From NCBI RefSeq assembly GCF_044704955.1, contig NC_091989.1, forward strand, positions 9,858,001-9,922,000: DNA of 64,000 nt, given 5' to 3'. How positions within the stretch are numbered: position 1 is the stretch's first letter; the number at the start of each line of letters is the position of its first letter. Below the pieces are notes generated by a model, which was not told where the DNA came from, searched no databases, and was given only the letters and a program-made list of their open reading frames with translations. This DNA comes from Pristiophorus japonicus. Its lineage: Eukaryota. The position numbers and the translations under genes are program-made. Of this stretch, positions 35,787 through 47,545 are shown in pieces.

Positions 35787-36380
35787 TGGAGGGGTGGGGT
35801 GAGGGGGAGTGGGGTGGGGTGGGGGGGGAGNNNNNNNNNNNNNNNNNNNNNNNNNNNNNNNNNNNNNNNNNNNNNNNNNNNNNNNNNNNNNNNNNNNNNN
35901 NNNNNNNNNNNNNNNNNNNNNNNNNNNNNNNNNNNNNNNNNNNNNNNNNNNNNNNNNNNNNNNNNNNNNNNNNNNGAGAGAGGGAGGGTGGGGNNNNNNN
36001 NNNNNNNNNNNNNNNNNNNNNNNNNNNNNNNNNNNNNNNNNNNNNNNNNNNNNNNNNNNNNNNNNNNNNNNNNNNNNNNNNNNNNNNNNNNNNNNNNNNN
36101 NNNNNNNNNNNNNNNNNNNNNNNNNNNNNNNNGGGGGGGTGGGGTGGGGGTGGTGGTGGGGGGAGGTGGTGGAGGGGGGGAGAGGTGGTGGGGGGAGGGT
36201 GGGGTGGGTGGTGTGGTGGGATGGTGGAGAGAGGGGAGGGAGGGGGGGGGGAGGAGGGTGGGGTGGGGGGTGAGGAGGGGGGAGGGGGCTGGGTGGGGGG
36301 TGGGTTGGTGGGGGGAGTGAGGGGGAGGGGTGTTGAGGGGGGTGGGGGAGAGGGCAGGGTGGGGCGGAAGGGAGGGAGAG
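35787..36380 (+). repeat. G-rich low-complexity tract containing two N gaps (35831-35975, 35994-36132)
   Basis: Runs of GGGG separated by T/A; unresolved bases. Confidence 0.9.
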
Positions 36381-37417
36381 AGATTGAGAGATTATCATTT
36401 GGCCTTTCCTCTACATCCATATTGTTTTTGAGGAAGAAACTCCAGGTCCTAGGTTGGTTTTCCGGGATGGGATGATGGTGTTTTGGAATGGTGGGGTTGG
36501 TACAGCTCCTCAGTTGTTTCACGGCTGTGTGGATTGCTGTTTATAATCCAAATGCTGACTTTGTAGTGAGAAGGAAGATTTCATAGATACTTTAAAAAAA
36601 AAAAATTCTAAATTGTGCATTTAAAATTTGACTTGGGCCAAACCATCCACTGTTTCATCTCATCATTGGCCATCTTCTCTGCTCCCAGGGATTGATTTTT
36701 GCTGTTCAATAAAATTTTGAATTTAACATTTTGCACCCCAGATCACTTGTTTGACACAGTTTGTACAGCAGATGTTCAAAATTGTGACGAGTGGGGTTGA
36801 AACACAGGCCACATTTTTCTCTCTCCTCTTCGCCCCCCCCCCCCCCCAAATCAGTTCTGAGCAGAGAACACGTGCTTCCCATGCATATGGAGACAAATTC
36901 TGAGGGAGAGTAAAACCTCTTTTTTTTTTACCCCCTTTGCACAGCAGTTAAGTATCTCCTTCCCACATTACAACAGTGACCACACTCCAAAAGTACTTCA
37001 TTGGTTGAAAAGCGCTTTGAGACGTCCAGTGGTCGTGAAAGGTGCTATATAAATGCAAATCTCTTGTCCTGAGTTTCAGAATGGCGTTTAGCAGAGAGTT
37101 CAGGAGCAATTCATTTGATACACGTGTTGTGTCTCTATAAAACCAGGGAAGGGGAAAAAAATCCCTGACACGGATCCTCTCCTTAAGTCTCCAAAATGTC
37201 TACATAGATTAAAAACTTGAACTCGGGAATAGAATTAATGGGCAATAAATGCTGGCCTTGCCAGCGACGCCCACATCCCAGTAACGAATTTTAAAAAATG
37301 CAGAATATTATGTTTTTACTGTAAGAGCGAGCTGCTGGAGTTCCAGATGTTGGGTACAAGTAGGGCAAATATACAAGGGAAGTAAAGAAACTTAAATAAA
37401 ATTGTTATTTCTTTTAG

Positions 37418-37514
37418 CTGAAATTATTGACAAGCTGACGTTGACGTACAATCGCACTCGCCAAGCTGTCATTACCAAGGAGCTGATTGAGATTATCTCT
37501 GGTGCTGCTGCCCT
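37418..37514 (+). CDS. ATP5F1C: ATP5F1C exon 8 (97 nt)
   Basis: cttttAG|[31 protein letters not shown](L)|GTAAGT; gamma-subunit C-terminal signature. Confidence 0.97.
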
Positions 37515-38907
37515 GTAAGTATTGCGGTTGCACGATGGATAGTTTGATATGAATTTCCGTATGGGGAAAAAATAACAGTTAAAGTGAGCTACTTATAAGA
37601 AATATGTACCATAAACAATTGGGTGTGAAGGTGCAGAATGAGAATTCGGTAATGTGAAATCTAAGTCCTGGGATGCGAAAGCTTTACTTGGAAAATAACT
37701 ACGCCAGGATTAAATTTTTCGGCCAGGAGCTTTGTTACACGGTTGAGATTCTTAAAACGCCCTAAGGCTGCATAAACTTATGGTATAGGTATATGTTCAA
37801 ACACACATATTTCATTCCATGATGTTCTGAAAGTCAAACCATTTCAGAGTTTCTAAAACAAAACCTTTTTATTATTATGTTGAGTCCAATATTTCTCTGC
37901 AACAATCATTGCTATTTCTGTCTTTTCCCTCTTTCATCGCCCCTTCATTCCTTCGCTAGGTACACGGTCAATGGCGATCAATGACGACTATTTTTGGTTA
38001 CAACTTCCAAAACGGGAATGGATTTGAATTGTATTTCTGAGACTCCACAATTTGGAGTACCACTTTTACAATAAAATCAAATGCACAAAATTCTCAAATT
38101 GACGGATGGTGCTTGTCTCTACATGAGCCACCTACTCTAATTATGTTTGCTTCCAATACCATTTAAGATTCCTCCTTTTCAAACAACTATCAAATTCCCT
38201 TTCAAACAAGAATTTATGGACTCTCAACAATTGGTTGTGCCTGGGAATTCCACTGTTTCTAACCTCCCCATTGTTTTCTGTGTATATCTTCAGTTTGTTT
38301 CCTCGTTGTCTCGCTGACCACTGGAAACAGTGTTACGTATAATCCTTCTTGAAGACCTCTATTAGGCCCCCCCCCTTTTACCTCCTTCGATGCACATGGG
38401 AATCCCTCTGCTTCCAACTCCATTTAAATCTTACATTTCCTTTCCCTGTTCTTCCAAAAATGTATTACTTCGCACATTTCTGTACAATTAATTGAATCTG
38501 CCGCCTATCTGTGCTAGCTGATCTATGTCCTCCTGCAGTCTTTCGTAATTCTGGTCACAGTTTGCATTAGGAACGTAGGATTATCGGTGGATGTGCACTA
38601 TCGATAAGCTTTGGTTGCTATTTTCACTATAGTTTGTCACTGCATCAATTCTGTTTTTTATCACGTGTGGCTTTAAATTATATGCTGCTGTAGTTTCATT
38701 AGTAGCTGTGTGCATTTCATTTGTTTTTGCTCATCATTTTCATATTACATTGAGTACTGCTGTGGCTACATTGCATATATAGTTTTACGCATCTGGCTTG
38801 CTGTTTTTGTTTGCTACTTTGGGCTTAAATTGGCTACTTCCATGACTGAATTGCATGTACAGCTTCATGAATCATTGTGTTTCCCTTTTTCTTTCTACGA
38901 TTACAAG

Positions 38908-38948
38908 GAGTTTTTAAGTTTGCTGCAGCATTTTTGGCCCACAAAGAG
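38908..38948 (+). CDS. ATP5F1C: Candidate ATP5F1C cassette exon 9 (41 nt; gives C-terminus ...AALSF*, stop at 38915-38917)
   Basis: Polypyrimidine tract + acAAG acceptor, AAAGAG|GTAATG donor, TGCATG at 38852-38857; position and size parallel the mammalian liver-type exon 9. Confidence 0.65.
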
Positions 38949-39736
38949 GTAATGGTTTAATCCTGGCACTTGCCGTGTGTTGGTAGAGGTGGCAAAAATG
39001 AACTGTTTTGTTATCTTCATAACCAAAGGTCTGCAGTGTTAAATATAGAATGGCTGGTTGTAAGTTGAAAGATTAATTTTTCTGTTCTGCCTACTAGTTT
39101 AGTGTAAGACATTGACGAGAGAAGAAAATTAATCTTTTCTCTATTACAGTTTGTTACAAATTTAGTCTGGCAATGCAACTAGGAGTGGTAAGGTACAAGT
39201 TCCAGGTCACAAATGGGAAGTATTTGACTTTCATTCAGCACCATTCCGATGGAGCTGCCTATCTTGACAACTTGCAGTAGGAAGCACTGAAAGCACAACT
39301 GCATGGGGCGGTTCATTATAATATAAATGTTCATTGAAACTTTGTTTGTGTACCATTTACATTTATTTTAAACAATATAGAAGTGGACTATAGTTAATGG
39401 TAGGTTTGAAAGTAAATATTTCATACTTTTCACACCAACAGAAACTCATCTTCGACGTGATGTGAACATAGGAACAGGAGGAGGCTATTTAGCCCCTCGA
39501 GCCTGTTCCGCCATTCAATGAGATCATGGCTCATCTGTGACCTAACTCCATATAACCAACCGCCTTTGCCCCTTAATACCTTTGGTCAACAAAAATCTGT
39601 CAATCTCACATTTACAATTAACAATTGAGCTAGCATCAACTGCCGTTTATGGGGAAAAAAATAAATTTTGTACTTTGTTTCCAATGGAATTAATCTTGAA
39701 AAGTTCAGTTACTTACATTGTGTGTCCATTTTGCAG

Positions 39737-39740
39737 GTAA
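39737..39740 (+). CDS. ATP5F1C: ATP5F1C last exon, coding part (G+TAA; exon-9-skipped form ends ...AAL*, 292 aa); 3' UTR runs to ~39880
   Basis: ttttgcAG|GTAAAA completes the CT+G codon and supplies a stop; AATAAA ~115 nt downstream. Confidence 0.85.
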
Positions 39741-39853
39741 AAATGGTGATCCAGAAAGATGCCAGTGAAAACGCGTTCCTGTTGGAAGATGTTGATGAGA
39801 CAGTATTTCTGTTAAATTTGTGGGAATCGTCCAAAGTTTGTAAATTATAATAC

Positions 39854-39859
39854 AATAAA
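39854..39859 (+). terminator. ATP5F1C polyadenylation signal AATAAA
   Basis: Canonical hexamer followed by a U-rich downstream element (39881-39898). Confidence 0.75.
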
Positions 39860-40782
39860 AACCTTACAGTGAACGGCTCCTTTGCATTTTTATATTTTCC
39901 CAGTTAGTAGATTCCCCTTTAACGTTGGTTATGCAACACAATTGTTAACTGTTGAATGCAGTTTTAACTGAGAAAGGTACAGTTTGCAAATAAGTAGCGT
40001 TACATAAATCTTGTACTTCAAGGAAAACATTTTAGTTATCTACCTAATGTTTGTTTGTGTCAGTACACTGCATTTTCATGTGGAAGGATATGGGTTAACC
40101 TTCATGATTCCTTTACACAGTGAATCTTTAATTGTTTTTTTGAAGAACACAGGGTGCCAAAGGTAGTTCACGTACTTATTTGGGGAGAAATCCGCAGACA
40201 AGCCAACCTACACACCAAGTATCCAGCTCAAGTATGATCTTGGCAGAGGGTTGAGAACAGATTATATCCTGGTTCTAGGACTCTAAACTTAATAAATTGG
40301 ATTTATTAAGCAAAATGTAGAAATTGCTGAACAAAAGAAAGACCACGGTAAATCTAGTTCGCCTTCGACCATCCTATTAGTCGCACGATACAACGATAAT
40401 GGAGTTGTTGACTAATCATCATCACGTCCATAAATGACACAAGAAAAACTCCAATGATGGAGAGCTTTGAGAACCATAGGACCAGTTACCTTTCGTTTCC
40501 ACTCCTGCCAAACTTATCACTTCTTGTCTCAAATTAAAAGGACTTCTATTCGATTACATTATGAAGAGAATACTGCATTTCTCACCAGTACTTTGAAGGC
40601 AGTTTAAAAATATATGAAAACTTTGAGAATTCTTGTAACTTGGAATACACAGTGAGAAAAATCTTGTAAGAGTTGGGATAGTTATTGAGTGTTAACACTG
40701 TTCACCCCAGCCCCCGTCAGTAAAGTGAAGGGGTGACGTTAGAATGAGGAAGACAACATTTATGAAAACCTTTGGAAAGACT

Positions 40783-41181
40783 CATAGAAACATAGAAAAT
40801 AGGTGCAGGAGTAGGCCATTCGAGCCTGCACCACCATTCAATATGATCATGGCTGATCATGCAACTTCAGTACCCCATTTCTGCTTTCTCTCCATACCCC
40901 TTGATCCCTTTAGCCATAAGGACCACATCTAACTCCCTTTTGAATATATCTCAGCGAACTGGCCTCAACAACTTTGTGGCAGAGAATTCCACAGGTTCAC
41001 AATTCTTGAGTGAAGAAGTTTCTCTGTCCTAAATGGCTTACCCCTTATCCTTAGACTGTGACCTCTGGTTCTGGACTTCCCCCAACCTTGGGAACATTCT
41101 TCCTGCATCTAACCTGTACAATCCTGTCAGAATTTTATATGTTTCTATGAGATCCCCTCTCATTCTTCTAACTTCCAGTGA
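40783..41181 (-). mobile_element. CR1 LINE 3' fragment
   Basis: CATAGAAACATAGAAA tail; similar to 9862-10270. Confidence 0.88.
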
Positions 41182-41644
41182 ATTTCAACCTATTAACAGC
41201 CTTTTCCAAGATTGATGGAGAAGACTAAACAATAGGGAAAGGAAACCCAAGGTTTAGCCATGAGCCTGCAGGTGGTTACAAGGAAGGCACTGTGTGCCAC
41301 TCCCTGGAAATAGCCCCATAAATCAGTATTGCAGCAGACCAGCAGGTAGGACTAAGTTTCAGTCTATGGTCGCCTTCGCAGTCACTGGCTGTGCCAGCCC
41401 TCTGCTGCATGGTAGCTGTGCAGGAGTTTGTGTAGCAAATGGCACAGCTCTGCATCCATCTCTTTGGTAATTTGTGAAGATAGTTTTATGCAGTAGATGA
41501 GCTAGGGTCCCAGATATAGCTTGTGGCATCTTGGATGCATCGAATCAAGCTATCCTGATTTTGATCTCTGCCACATTATCTTTCATATGGCATGATTCCA
41601 GTTAGTTAAACATTCACATATCATAATGGCACCATTAGCCCTAC

Positions 41645-41892
41645 TGTCATGTATCTTACATTATTATATATAACTGTATCCTAACATGCTATACATGACT
41701 GTAATAAGATATGACCGGTAACCACCAGCATACCTTACCACCAGGTGTGCACTTGCAAGGGACAGGTATATAAGGACAGGTCTCAGGCAAGTGGAGCATT
41801 CCAGAGCTGTGAAATAAAGGTGCAGGTCCAGAGTGAGCTTGACTTCACTACATGCTTCGTGTGAATCTGTACTGAGGGGGCAGGACTTTACA
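41645..41892 (+). repeat. 5' LTR of Gypsy element
   Basis: TGTCATG...TTTACA; TATATAA and AATAAA motifs; 8 mismatches to the 3' LTR by eye. Confidence 0.95.
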
Positions 41893-41927
41893 GTGGCGAC
41901 GAGTTATGGGATTACAGAATCTACAGA

Positions 41928-44900
41928 ATGGCGAACAACGGATCAGTACAATGCGGGAGACAATTGGGAGGACTTTATAGAAAGGCTCCAGCAAAGCTTT
42001 GTAACCAAAGACTGGTTAGGCGATGATAAGGCCGACAGGAGAAGAGCCCATCTCTTGACCAGCTGTGGCTCGAAAACATACGCTTTAATGAAGGATCTGT
42101 TGTCACCCGAGAAACCAGCAAGCAAGTCGTTTGAAGAATTGAGCACACTGGTAAGAGACCACCTGAAGCCAGCGAGCAGCCTACACATGGCCAGACGCAG
42201 GTTCTACAACTGCAGACGCTGTGTGGGCCAGAGCATACCCGACTTTGTGGCGGAAATTCGGAGGTTGGCTAGTTTTCTGTGAGTTCTCCGATAAACTGAG
42301 GAGAGAAATGCTGAGAGACTTTTTCATTGAAGGAATAGGCCACGCAGGCAAATTCCGAAAGCTCATAGAGACCAAGAACCTGACCTTAGAGGCAGCAGCA
42401 CTGGTTGCACAGACATTCTTGGTAGGGGAAGAAGAAACGAGGTTGATTTACAATGCAGGTACAACAACTAACGAAATATCGGAACAAGAAGTTCACAGCA
42501 CTAAACAAGCTGCTATCCCTACACACAGACAAAACTGGGAGAACAGGCTCTCGACAGCAGGCAGAAGCCTTCTAGGGCCTCAGGAACGGCCGTTCACACC
42601 TCATCAACCCACAATGCGAGCAATCAACTACAAACTGAGAGAAGCTCGAGAGATCAGCCAAACGCAGCTCATTCTTTGGGAACACTGAACAATGGAACAG
42701 GTCTGTGCTGGAAGTGTGGGGGTGGGCACTCGTCAAGGGGATGTCGATTTCAACACCATTTTCAGAAATTGTGAATATACAGGGCATTTGGCCTGCATGT
42801 GCAAAAAAAACGGCAACTCGGCTGGTATACGAATCGGATGGGTCGGAAAGCGGACCAGAAGATGGTGGGGACAGTACCCGGGACACCGATGTACAGCGGG
42901 TCAACACGATCAATGGCCGCTGCTCCTACAACAGGACGCCTCCTATAATGATGAGAGTCCTACTCAATGGGATATCTGTCAACATGGAGCTGGATATAGG
43001 AGCGAGTCAATCTCTCATGGGCGCTCAACAATTTGAACAACTGTGGCCGCATAAAAGAGACAGACCAAAACTCAGAAGGGTCAACACCAAACTAAGGACC
43101 TATACCAAAGAAATCGTACCAGTCCTCGGCAGCGCCATACTCTCTGTCACATACAAAGGGACAGTGAACCGACTTCCCCTGTGGATTGTCCCCGGAGACC
43201 CCCCAGCACTGCTGGGGAGAAGCTGGCTGGCAAAACTAAACTGGAAATGGGATGATGTCCATGCCATGTCATTAGAGGAACGGACCTCCTGCTCAACAGT
43301 TATAAAGCGATTTGAACATTTCTTTCAGCCAAGTGTGGGCACTTTCAAAGGGGCCAAAGTCAAAATCTACATCACACAGGATGCTAGACCGGTCCAGCAC
43401 AAGGCCAGAACTGTACCCTATGTGATGAGGGAAAAGATTGAACACGAACTAGACAGGCTTCTGCGGGAAGGCATTATCTCACCTGTGGAATTTAGCGACT
43501 GGGCAAGTCCCATCGTCCCAGTCATGAAGCCTGCTGGATCCGTACGAATCTGTGGGGACTACAAATCTACCATAAACAGAGTCTCCCTACAGGACCAGTA
43601 CCCGCTGCCCAGAGCGGAGGACTTATTTGCCACATTGGCTGGAGGTAAACTTTTCTCAAAATTAGACCTCACATCTGCATATATGACGCAAGAATTGACC
43701 GAGGAATCCAAGCTACTCACCACCATCAACACACATCGAGGCCTTTTCATGTACAATCGATGCCCATTCGGCATCAGGTCGGCAGCTGCCATATTCCAGC
43801 GCAACAGGGAGAGTCTACTCCAGTCCATCCCGGGGACGGTTGTATTTCAAGACGACATACTTATCACGGGCAGGGACACCGACTCCCATCTCCGTAATTT
43901 GGAGGAAGTACTAAAGCGGTTGGATCGGGTAGGCCTACGAGTCAAGAAATCCAAGTGCCTGTTTCTCGCACCCAAGGTTGAATTTTTGGGCAGAAGGATT
44001 GCCGCTGATGGAATCCGCCCAACAGAGTCCAAAACAGAAGCAATTCGCCTGACCCAGGCCCCGGAATGTCTCAGAACTGCGCGCCTTTCTCGGGCTACTC
44101 AATTACTTTGGGAACTTTATGCAGAACTTAAGCACGCTGCTGGAGCCTCTCCACGTGCTACTCAGGAAGGTGTGCGAGTGGTTTTGGGGGGACGCCCAGG
44201 AACGCGCCTTCAATAAGGCACGCAATCTTCTGTGTTCCAACAGTGTTTTGATTTTCTTTGATCCAGGTAAAAAGCTAGTTCTCACATGCGATGCATCAGT
44301 GTATGGGGTCGGGTGCGTTTTGCAACATGTCAATAGTGCGGGCAAATTACAACCCATAGCTTATGCCTCCAGGTCACTTTCGCGGGCGGAGCGCGGGTAC
44401 GGAATGGTAGAGAAGGAGGCGCTCGCGTGCATGTACGGTGTCAAAAAGATGCACCAATGCCTTTTCGGGGCCAAGTTCGCGTTAGAAACCGACCACAACC
44501 GACCACAAGAGCAAGGCTATAAACGCCAAAGCCTCGGCGCGAATTCAATGGTGGGCACTCATGCTACGACTATACCATAAGGCACAGACAACTGTGCCGA
44601 CGCGCTCAGCAGGCTACCCCTGGCAACCACGGAAGGATCTGACGAACAGGACTGTGAGATAGTCATGGCAATCAATGCCTTTGAGTCCACAGGTTCGCCC
44701 ATGACGGCTTGCCAAATCAGAGCCTGGACGGCCAGCGACCCCACATTATTCTTAGTAAAAAAATGTGTTCTAACCGGTGACTGGGCAGAGGCTCGCGATG
44801 CCTGCCCCGAGGAGTTAAAACCCTTTCACAAGCGCATGCATGAGCTATCATTACAAGCAGACTGCCTGATGTGGGGCAGCCGAGTAGTCATGCCTTGCGA

Positions 44901-46067
44901 GGCGGAGAGGCATTTGTCCGGGAGCTCCACCGCGAGCACCCGGGGATCGTTCTCATGAAGGCCATAGCCAGATCCCACGTCTGGTGGCCTGGTATTGATG
45001 CGGACTTGGAGTTCTGCGTCCAAAGGTGCACCATTTGTGCCCAACTCAGCAATGCCCCCAGGGAGGCTGCCCTGAGCCCCTGGCGCTGGCTTACCAAACC
45101 ATGATCGTGGGTGCACATAGACTATGCGGGCCCATTCATGGGCAAAATGTTCCTCGTAGTTGTAGATGCATTTTCAAAGTGGATCAAATGCACCATTTTA
45201 AACTCGAGCACAATCTCCACCATTGTGGAGAGCCTCGCAACCATGTTTGCAACGCACGGAATCCCTGACATATTGGTCAGTGACAATGGTCTGTGCTTCA
45301 CCAGCGCAGAATTGCAAGACTTTATAATTGACCACGGCATAAACCATGTCAAGACGGCACCGTTCAAGCCGGCCTCCAACGGCCAGGTAGAGAGAGCAGT
45401 GCAAATCATTAAACAAGGCATGCTTAAAATCCAAGGTCCCACGCTGCAGAGTCGCCTGTCGCGACTGCTGCTGGCATACAGATCTCGTCCGCACTCACTG
45501 ACTGGGATTCCCCCCCCGCGCAACTGCTGATGAAAAGGACTTTAAAAACAAGGCTCTCATTAATCCTCCCAGACATGCACAAAATCATTGAGGCAAAGCG
45601 CCGTAAGCTGACTGAGTACCATGACAGAAATTCGAGGGGGTGATGGAATGAGATAGGGGACAAAGTGTTTGCGCTAAACTATGGCAGGGGTCCCAAATGG
45701 CTTGCAGGGACAGTAACGGGCACGGAAGGAAACAGGCTACTGGTAGTACAAATGGACAATGGCAAAACCTGCCGGAGGCATGTAGACCAAGTCAAAAACA
45801 GATTTACCAACAACACTGCGGAACCAAAGGCAGACTACAATGTGGAACTCGCACCACACCTGGTGGACAGACAGAGGGAACAACCTGAGGAAAGGGCAAT
45901 CCCAACAAACAGCCCAGGCGAGTCAACAACAATCACACCAATCGAAACAGACAGCCAGGCGAGATACCAGCAACCACCAAGAAAAACAGACACCAAGGCA
46001 AACAACTGAACCACAACTCAGACGCTCCACGCGAGAGCGTAGACCACCTGAGAGACTGAACCTATAA
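41928..46067 (+). pseudogene. Frameshifted gag-pol of the Gypsy element
   Basis: Protease LDIGAS; RT motifs WASPIVPV, CGDYK, PFG, FQDD; RNaseH LTCDAS...EKEALAC; integrase HIDYAGP...SDNG...NGQVER; split over several ORFs. Confidence 0.92.
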
Positions 46068-46094
46068 AGACAATAAGACATTGGGGGAGGGTGA

Positions 46095-46342
46095 TGTCAT
46101 GTATCTTACATTATTATATATAACTATATCCTAACATGCTATACATGACTGTAATAAGATATGACCTGTAACCACCAGCATACCTTACCACCAGGGGTGC
46201 ACTTGCAAGAGACAGGTATATAAGGACAGGTCTCAGGCAAGTGCAGCATTCCAGAGCTGTGAAATAAAGGTGCAGGTCCAGAGTGACCTTGACTTCACTA
46301 CATGCCTCGTGTGAATCTGTACTGAGGGGACAGGACTTTACA
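46095..46342 (+). repeat. 3' LTR of Gypsy element
   Basis: Follows PPT GGGGGAGGGTGA; followed by TSD CCTAC. Confidence 0.95.
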
Positions 46343-46547
46343 CCTACTGTCCCAGCTTCCTTTGGGAAGAGAAGCCTCCACATGCATCAGTTCAACACAT
46401 CCACTACTTTGGAAAAACAGTTTATTCTAAAGAGTACAGACAGCAATGCTTCACTAACACTTCTCATTGTATCTCCAATATTTCTGAAGAAGAGTCTGAA
46501 TAGCTTGGATCCCACTCTAATGTATGCACCAGGTTTACAGAGCTGTT

Positions 46548-47305
46548 GACACGCCATGGCGCACCATCTTGCCATCCGGAGGAGGCGGGGGTTCCCAATG
46601 GAGTGCACTCTACGTGGGAGTCCTCCCTCTATTTATTGGGGACTTGGCCTGGAGGGTATTGCACGGAGCAGTCCCGTGCAATAAGTTTTTAAGCCGGTTC
46701 ACAGGCTCCCAGGCCGCCTGTAATTTCTGCGGTCTGGAAGAGTCCGTGTTCCATGTTATTGAGTGTGCGAGGTTGCAGCCCCTCTTCCAATATTTGAAGG
46801 GGCTGCTCCTCAAATTCTGGTTGTACTTCAGTCCCACACTCCTGATCTTTGGGCACCCTGTGCGGAGGGGAGCGGGCAGGTCGGAAGACCTCCTCGTAGG
46901 ACTGCTCCTGGACCTGGCCAAGGTGGCCATTAGCCGGTCCAGGCAGCGGGCGGTCGAGGGGGTCGTTCAGCCCGACTGCCTGCCTCTCTTCCGCGGTTAT
47001 ATCCGAGCCAGGGTGTCCACCGGTACGCTCGCGGCCTTCCGTGAGAGGTGGGCATCGGAGGGACTGTAGTGCATCATCACCCCCGGCAACCAAATTTTAA
47101 TTTGATTTTAATGTCTAAAGTTTAATTTGTTTAAGTTGTCTGCTTTAGTGCGTGCCACCCCCGCCCCTCCCAAACCCCTTTTAGCCAGGTGGCACTTGTA
47201 TAATTTGTGTTTTAGTGCCCGGAAAAAAAAGGGGCACTTGAAAAGTGTTTGGAGTGTGCCCCCCACCCTTAATCAGGGGGCACGTGATTACTTGTTTCTA
47301 CAAAA
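46548..47305 (+). mobile_element. Tx1/L1-clade non-LTR retrotransposon 3' fragment
   Basis: zf-RVT-like WRVLHGAVPCN...CNFCGLEESVFHVIEC; 3' UTR with three GTGCC...GGCAC hairpins. Confidence 0.82.
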
Positions 47306-47310
47306 ATAAG

Positions 47311-47545
47311 TGCAACAGCTCTGCAACGAGTGGCTTAGCCAGTCACGTGATGTTCACAAGACTCAATAAAACCCCAGCCAGTTGGGTCTAGGTCATCCAC
47401 GATGAGGTATCCAGTTGTGAGCCTAGTGGATGAACTGGTAATGTGTAGTGTGATTGTTAAACTTTTGCTAATAAACCAACTAGTTCTCAATAGCAATGTG
47501 TTGCCATGACTACTTAAGCAAAGAACCCATGAAGCAAATAGATCA
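47311..47545 (+). mobile_element. Possible solo-LTR remnant
   Basis: LTR-like layout (GTCACGTGA, AATAAA twice); termini not resolved. Confidence 0.35.

Larger units (their letters stand above)
41645..46342 (+). mobile_element. Full-length (4698 bp) Ty3/Gypsy LTR retrotransposon, Mag-like, coding region decayed
   Basis: 248-bp TG...CA LTRs; 5-bp TSD CCTAC (41640-41644 / 46343-46347); PBS TGGCGACGAG at 41894; PPT at 46083-46094; gag-PR-RT-RNaseH-IN order. Confidence 0.96.

Noticed and set aside
35764-36522. Pro-rich / Gly-rich ORFs
   Set aside because: Low-complexity tract spanning N gaps
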